Shown in pieces: positions 59,556 through 64,000 of a DNA stretch of 64,000 nucleotides. Under the pieces are notes generated by a model. The model saw only the letters and a program-made list of their open reading frames with translations. It did no database searches and was not told the DNA's origin. Origin of the DNA: a virus. The position numbers were made by a program, and so were the translations under genes. The stretch covers positions 1-64,000 of the IMG/VR virus record IMGVR_UViG_3300023179_000046. One strand, 5' to 3'. Every line of letters starts with the position of its first letter. Position 1 is the first letter of the stretch.

Positions 59556-59753
59556 ATGGTTGTTACTATTCAGGCACCGTCATCTGCCGCACAGAAGCGT
59601 GCTTTTAGTCAGTGTATGATTATGGGTTTGGAAGCGACTGTTTTGGAGGACAATTGTATTGATTTGGTTGTTCAGCAGTTGTGGAAGGCTAAGCATGTTG
59701 CTGGTATGGTTGATGGTGAGATTGTTGCGGTTCATGACCGGGTTAAGATTTAG
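59556..59753 (+). CDS. Hypothetical protein
   Basis: GGAGG RBS, promoter at 59494. Confidence 0.7.
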   Translation: MVVTIQAPSSAAQKRAFSQCMIMGLEATVLEDNCIDLVVQQLWKAKHVAGMVDGEIVAVHDRVKI

Positions 59754-59761
59754 GAGTTTGT

Positions 59762-59938
59762 ATGGCTGACAGTAATGATGCGCGTGCGATTCAGATTTTT
59801 ACTCAGGCTTGGAATAGTGGTTATGATGACGCTATTGCTGAGGTTATTGATTATTTATCTTCATTGTATGATATGACTAATAGTTTTGCGGAAAAGCAGT
59901 TGATTGATTCTATTATTGCCAATTTTGAGTCTAACTAA
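59762..59938 (+). CDS. Microprotein (58 aa)
   Basis: AGGAG RBS. MADSNDARAIQIFTQAWNSGYDDAI... Confidence 0.65.
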   Translation: MADSNDARAIQIFTQAWNSGYDDAIAEVIDYLSSLYDMTNSFAEKQLIDSIIANFESN

Positions 59939-59946
59939 GGAGTATT

Positions 59947-60111
59947 ATGTCTAACATTGTTTCTACCCCCGCCGTTGTTGTTTCTACTGAGGTTTGGTCT
60001 ACCAAGCACGGTAAGGTGACGAAGGCTGTTGTTCGCACCCCGTCCGGTACGTTCCTTGGTGCTACTAATCAGACTGCGGCGATTGCGCCGATGATTGTAG
60101 GTCGCCGCTAG
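59947..60111 (+). CDS. Microprotein (54 aa), paralog of 53533..53691
   Basis: AAGGAG RBS. STEVWSTKHGKVTKAVVRTPSGTFLGATNQTAAIAP. Confidence 0.8.
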   Translation: MSNIVSTPAVVVSTEVWSTKHGKVTKAVVRTPSGTFLGATNQTAAIAPMIVGRR

Positions 60112-60156
60112 ATTTAAGTCATTAGGGGGAGGCTGAGCCTCCCCCTTTTGGCGTGC

Positions 60157-60238
60157 GCGGGTGTGGCGGAATTGGCACACGCAGCAAACTTAAAATTTGC
60201 CACCGAAAGGTATACGGGTTCAACTCCCGTCACCCGCA
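60157..60238 (+). tRNA. tRNA-Leu (anticodon TAA)
   Basis: GCGGGTG/CACCCGC acceptor, GCAAA-CTTAAAA-TTTGC anticodon arm, long variable arm ACC-GAAA-GGT, ACGGG-TTCAACT-CCCGT T-arm, A discriminator, no encoded CCA. Confidence 0.9.
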
Positions 60239-60262
60239 CGCTAGTTTAGTTTAAGGAGAGAT

Positions 60263-60478
60263 ATGCCTAAATGTTTTGATTGTAATAATGTTACAATGTT
60301 TGAATTTTCTACTACACAATGGGATACAGTTTACTTTGACCCCGAGGGATTTATCGTTGACACCAAGAGGCTCTATAAGGTAGACTCATTCCTACCGCCC
60401 ACCTGTGGGCGGTGTGAAAGTACGAATATTGATGCCACATTCCTTGATGCTGCACTATTGGAGGTAGAAGATGAATGA
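60263..60478 (+). CDS. Zinc-ribbon protein
   Basis: CFDC...CGRC, AAGGAG RBS. Confidence 0.75.
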   Translation: MPKCFDCNNVTMFEFSTTQWDTVYFDPEGFIVDTKRLYKVDSFLPPTCGRCESTNIDATFLDAALLEVEDE

Positions 60479-60815
60479 TAGGGACTTCCTAAGGAGTTTA
60501 GGTTTTGTTGTTGGTGAGCGTGGTCGTTTCTCTAAGGAGATGGTGGCTGCCCTAGCATCTCGCAATTCTAAGACTGAGACATCTACCAAGTTTGACAAGA
60601 TTGATGAGGCGGGACTTCCTGAGAAACTAAAGCGAACACCTGTCAGGGAAGCCGAACAACTATATGGCTATGACAAGTATGGTCACAAGATTGCTTTCGT
60701 ACTTTGTAATTCATGTAATCAGCATATGATTTGGTGTACCTGCAAGGCAGGTATTCTCGCCCCGTCCCATATTATTCGTAGCGAAAACCCCCTAGTCACT
60801 GTCCGTGCGGCATGA
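60471..60815 (+). CDS. Protein with Lsr2-like DNA-binding domain and Cys cluster
   Basis: RDFLRSLGFVVGERGRFSKEMVAA resembles the Lsr2 RGR domain. CNSC..CTC. Confidence 0.6.
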   Translation: MNDRDFLRSLGFVVGERGRFSKEMVAALASRNSKTETSTKFDKIDEAGLPEKLKRTPVREAEQLYGYDKYGHKIAFVLCNSCNQHMIWCTCKAGILAPSHIIRSENPLVTVRAA

Positions 60816-60848
60816 TACTATTAGACACCATCGACACTAGGAGGCAGT

Positions 60849-61181
60849 ATGGCTAGGACCACGGAAGATAAGGTAGCCAAGTATCTGATTGACGGATGCG
60901 CGGATTCTCGTCTCAACGAGGTTGCGTTGGCTCACACTATGGGGAGGCAGGCGTATGACGTACAGGCGCGGTTCTGGAACACTCTGGTTTCTTACATTTA
61001 CTTTCATGCTCACAATTATGAGCATGGTCTATTTGACGAAGGTACATATGAGATTGCTAGATTGTCTAAGAAGATCAAGGACTTAGCGTTTGCTGATGAG
61101 CGTAAGTATTCCTCTGATCCCGTTCATGAACGGTATGGAGATTTTGAGTTGCAAGATGGTCAATTGCGTCAAGGGTTTTAA
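60849..61181 (+). CDS. Hypothetical protein
   Basis: AGGAGG RBS, promoter motif at 60800. Confidence 0.8.
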   Translation: MARTTEDKVAKYLIDGCADSRLNEVALAHTMGRQAYDVQARFWNTLVSYIYFHAHNYEHGLFDEGTYEIARLSKKIKDLAFADERKYSSDPVHERYGDFELQDGQLRQGF

Positions 61182-61182
61182 T

Positions 61183-61308
61183 ATGAGTTTAATTTTAGAT
61201 TATATTTCTGTGCCTTGTGATGCTTGCGGGGCGGAAGTTGGAGAAATTTGTCGTCCCCATTGTATAGGTATAGTAAAATACTATGAGGTAGATACGCTAT
61301 CAGACTAA
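61183..61308 (+). CDS. Zinc-finger microprotein (41 aa)
   Basis: VPCDACGAEVGEICRPHC. Confidence 0.6.
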   Translation: MSLILDYISVPCDACGAEVGEICRPHCIGIVKYYEVDTLSD

Positions 61309-61341
61309 TCAGTCAAGTGTTATAAAGAATTACATCTACCT

Positions 61342-61371
61342 AGGGCGGGAGTTTTTAACTCCCGCCCTTTT
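61342..61371 (+). terminator. Intrinsic terminator
   Basis: AGGGCGGGAGTT-TTT-AACTCCCGCCCT followed by a T run. Confidence 0.75.
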
Positions 61372-62292
61372 AGTTTGCCTAAGTACTTGACACGGCCCGC
61401 TGGCGCGGGCAAGTACTTGACCTCACATATTTTTTTTGTCTAGACCTTTACGATGGGTTGTTTTTAGCACATTTTTGGCATGTTTTTATAGTTATGCAAG
61501 TAAGCATACTCTCATGTTTTTCTATTTTTATAGACATTACGATGATTTGATTTTGGCACTGTTATGAGGGTACAAAAAAAACTCATGTTATGGGATTCCA
61601 TAGCATGAGTTTGCATGCGTTTACGTATGCAAGCACGCCAAAGGCGTGTATATACTTTGTTTTAGCAAGAGAATATAGTTTGTATTAAGGTTTAATGGTT
61701 AACTCTTAATATGGGGCGGGTATATCTAGGGTTATCCCCCTTGTATATCTATAGGGATATACATATCATGCATCCCGCCCAATATATGCATAAACTACGG
61801 ATTTCGTTGTCTACCCCTAGAGCAAAACCATAATATCCGTTGTCTAACCCCCTTAAAACTACGGATTCCGTTGTTTAGGCTGCCTAGAACAACAATTTAT
61901 ACCCTAAAATGCTTACCAAAATAGGGTTAAAACGAGGCAGAATTGCTTAAAAAGCAACAAAAACCACCCAAAACCACCCAAAAATGCTCAAAAAACAACA
62001 AAAATGGCTAAACAATAAAATTTACTGTCTAAAGGGCATATCACAGGAAAATTTACGGAAAATAGGGTCAAATTCAGGAAAAAAAAGGGTTTACGGGGGA
62101 TATGTAACTAAGTTAATTACATAAATTTCTCTTTAACATTCGTATGTGTGTGTTTTTTTGGTTTGATGTGGCGTTTTATGCATGTGTTTGCATATTTATG
62201 CGTTTGTTTGCATACGTTTGTAGTCATTATTCATTTGTATTCGTTTGTTTGCATTGGTTTGGCACGCCTTTGGCGTGCATTGTATTCGTTTA

Positions 62293-62913
62293 TCAGTAAA
62301 TACGAAATGTTTTCTGGGTGGGGATTGGCGTTTTCTGAGTGGGGATTGGTCCAACATAGTTCTTACTTTCAATATAGTCTTTACTCTGCTTTAATAGTTT
62401 GATTTCTTGGATTAGGGTTTCTAGTTCTCTCTCAGTCTCCCGCCCGATTCGCTTACGCTCATTCAAACTTTCATTAAGACGAGCAATCTCAACAGCCAAA
62501 ACCGCATTATGTTCCTTAGCAGTCTTTAATTGCAGAGCCAACACTTCCTCCTTAGTGACAGTTTTATAAGGGTCAGAGGGATCAGATGAGGATTCTAGTT
62601 CCTCCCACAAATCCCCCGCCGCGATAGAATACTGCTTATACTTCTCAGTCTTGTTAGACATAAAAATATATTCTTCATAAATCATCTTGTTAATGATTCT
62701 CAAAGCATCCTTAGTCTGATAGGTGCCACTCCAAACTCCCTCAGAGTCTAGAAAGGTTCTCGGTACATTAATTCCTAGACTGCGTGCCGCCCTGTCAATA
62801 TCATCCTCCTGAAAAAACAAAGCATCTTCCACACTATAAAGAAAATCAGCAATCATAGAATCACTAATCTCCTTGTTAGCGGCAAGAGCAACTAATCTCT
62901 CCTTAAATTCCAT
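62293..62913 (-). CDS. Hypothetical protein with coiled coil
   Basis: GGAGG RBS, TAATG coupling. Confidence 0.7.
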   Translation of the reverse strand: MEFKERLVALAANKEISDSMIADFLYSVEDALFFQEDDIDRAARSLGINVPRTFLDSEGVWSGTYQTKDALRIINKMIYEEYIFMSNKTEKYKQYSIAAGDLWEELESSSDPSDPYKTVTKEEVLALQLKTAKEHNAVLAVEIARLNESLNERKRIGRETERELETLIQEIKLLKQSKDYIESKNYVGPIPTQKTPIPTQKTFRIY

Positions 62914-63395
62914 TACTTCCCTCCCTGTTTAATCGCATTACGCAAACAATCCATCAAACTAACAGTCTCATATGCCTTAAGAATTGTAATGGGTCCATGA
63001 TTTCTAATCAAGTCCTCCCAATAAAGAGACTCACGAAATCCCGGCCTAGTAGATGTAAAGTATTCATTGGATCTTTTCATTGGCACGCCGCCCCTACGCC
63101 ACAACGTACCATCGAATGTGACAACAGCAAGCACGTCATCGCCATAGGGAAAAACTAATTCAGGAGCGCGCTCAACTACACGAACATGAGTAAGCCAAGG
63201 AGGGGCCATTCCCTGATCGAAAAGTTGCCAACTCTGACCCATGAAGTTAAGGGTTGCCATTTTATATGGCAACTCATTTTCCACCACATGGACATCTCCA
63301 GTAACAATAATTTTACTTTTACCGTGGGACCAATGAGCCTCAATGGTATCCCCGTCGCGCAGCGAACGAAGAACGTCTAACAAATCATCAGACAT
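62913..63395 (-). CDS. Hypothetical protein
   Basis: GGAGG RBS, TAATG coupling. Confidence 0.7.
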   Translation of the reverse strand: MSDDLLDVLRSLRDGDTIEAHWSHGKSKIIVTGDVHVVENELPYKMATLNFMGQSWQLFDQGMAPPWLTHVRVVERAPELVFPYGDDVLAVVTFDGTLWRRGGVPMKRSNEYFTSTRPGFRESLYWEDLIRNHGPITILKAYETVSLMDCLRNAIKQGGK

Positions 63396-63925
63396 TACTT
63401 CTGTCCCTCCATAGTCATTTCAAACAACCTTGTCTGAGCAAGAAGTCTCACACCAAGATCCTCGTTGTTCAATTGCTCCTTAACGACCCATAGAGGCACA
63501 TTAGGGGCGTATAGAATTCCCGTAAGCATATCTGCGTTGAGGGTTTTGTAGAAGGCGTACAGAGCCTCTGCATCGGACGATACGGGGTCGGTAGTTGATG
63601 CCTGCTTCTCCGCTGCCTGCGCCTCCGCTGCCCTCTGCTTTTCAAGTACTCCTGCCATATATTCAATGTAATCCATATCATTTTCACACTCTCGTTCAAA
63701 GGAACGAAAACAATCCTGCTTAGCCTCAATGATGTAACGGAGAATGTCGATAGATTCTTCGGGAGTAAAGCAACGCACTCCATCCCAAGCAATATCCAAT
63801 TCAGAAACCCAAACCTTAAAGGCGGCGTGGCTAATGGGAAACAGGGGATCATTCACCTGTGCAATCAGTGCATCCATAGTCATAGGATAGAAAACAGGGT
63901 TTGCATCTCTCTTATTCAGTATCAT
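63395..63925 (-). CDS. Hypothetical protein
   Basis: AAGGAG RBS. Confidence 0.7.
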   Translation of the reverse strand: MILNKRDANPVFYPMTMDALIAQVNDPLFPISHAAFKVWVSELDIAWDGVRCFTPEESIDILRYIIEAKQDCFRSFERECENDMDYIEYMAGVLEKQRAAEAQAAEKQASTTDPVSSDAEALYAFYKTLNADMLTGILYAPNVPLWVVKEQLNNEDLGVRLLAQTRLFEMTMEGQK

Positions 63926-64000
63926 TGATATCTCCTTCTTGTTGAGGTTGTAGGTGCTACTTTAGCATCCCGCCCCATATAGGGTCAAGAGTTTTTAAGA

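Larger units (their letters stand above)
49535..60821 (+). promoter_or_regulatory. 12 PafBC/RecA-NDp-like promoters, TGTC[A/G/C]G-N10-TAnnnT
   Basis: Starts at 49535, 49809, 50939, 51191, 51862, 52228, 53121, 53469, 54011, 55056, 58249 and 60800, each just upstream of an ORF. Confidence 0.8.
50685..61442. repeat. Family of 12 dispersed ~56-bp dyad-symmetric cassette-boundary elements
   Basis: Copies at 50685-50741, 51764-51819, 52073-52127, 53012-53066, 53360-53414, 53914-53968, 54936-54991, 56268-56322, 57227-57282, 58127-58182, 59391-59444 and 61387-61442. Half copy at ~49453. Confidence 0.95.

Noticed and set aside
50685-61442. CRISPR array
   Set aside because: The palindromic repeats are separated by 0.3-2 kb of promoter- and ORF-containing DNA rather than 25-45-bp spacers, and no cas genes are present.
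50685-61442. Classical integron attC array
   Set aside because: There are no RYYYAAC/GTTRRRY ends, no IntI in the window, and the cassettes carry their own promoters. Kept only as an analogy.
50685-61442. Element arms as ordinary sigma-70 promoters
   Set aside because: TTGACA-like arms face inward on both strands, but the position 17 bp on reads (C/T)AAGTA rather than TAnnnT, and separate promoters lie downstream.
62148-62402. Hydrophobic 84-aa plus-strand ORF
   Set aside because: It arises from a low-complexity G/T tract and overlaps a minus-strand gene.

Overview
The window is a 64-kb slice of a large, tailed dsDNA phage that probably infects an Actinobacterium. Host clues are WhiB, an Lsr2-like domain, a gp88-like gene, actinobacterial promoter motifs and tRNA-Leu(UAA). 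The gene order resembles large Streptomyces/freshwater actinophages; this is my inference, not a database result. Positions 1-48.3 kb form one minus-strand block: glycosyltransferase, intein-containing class II ribonucleotide reductase, LamG/DUF4082 proteins, portal, protease-scaffold, capsid, neck, tail tube, frameshifted chaperone, a 3290-aa tape measure with ART-like and M23 cargo, tail/fibre genes, HNH, phosphoesterase, DnaB helicase and primase. Positions ~49.4-61.45 kb are a plus-strand region of about 12 small-gene cassettes and are the most unusual part. Each cassette is bounded by a ~56-bp dyad element (TTGAC/TTGCC-N-N12-GCGGG[C/T]AAGTACTTGCCCGC-N11/12-TGTCAA, 12 copies). Most copies are followed by a CRP/GlxR-type box (10 boxes in the region). 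Most cassettes are driven by a TGTC[A/G/C]G-N10-TAnnnT promoter (12 copies) that matches the actinobacterial PafBC/RecA-NDp DNA-damage motif. The array also contains paralogous microgene pairs, a chimeric patch of host-like kgd/pepN/tRNA-Asp fragments, and abrupt strand-skew blocks. Two apparent 1-nt frameshifts suggest some sequence error.
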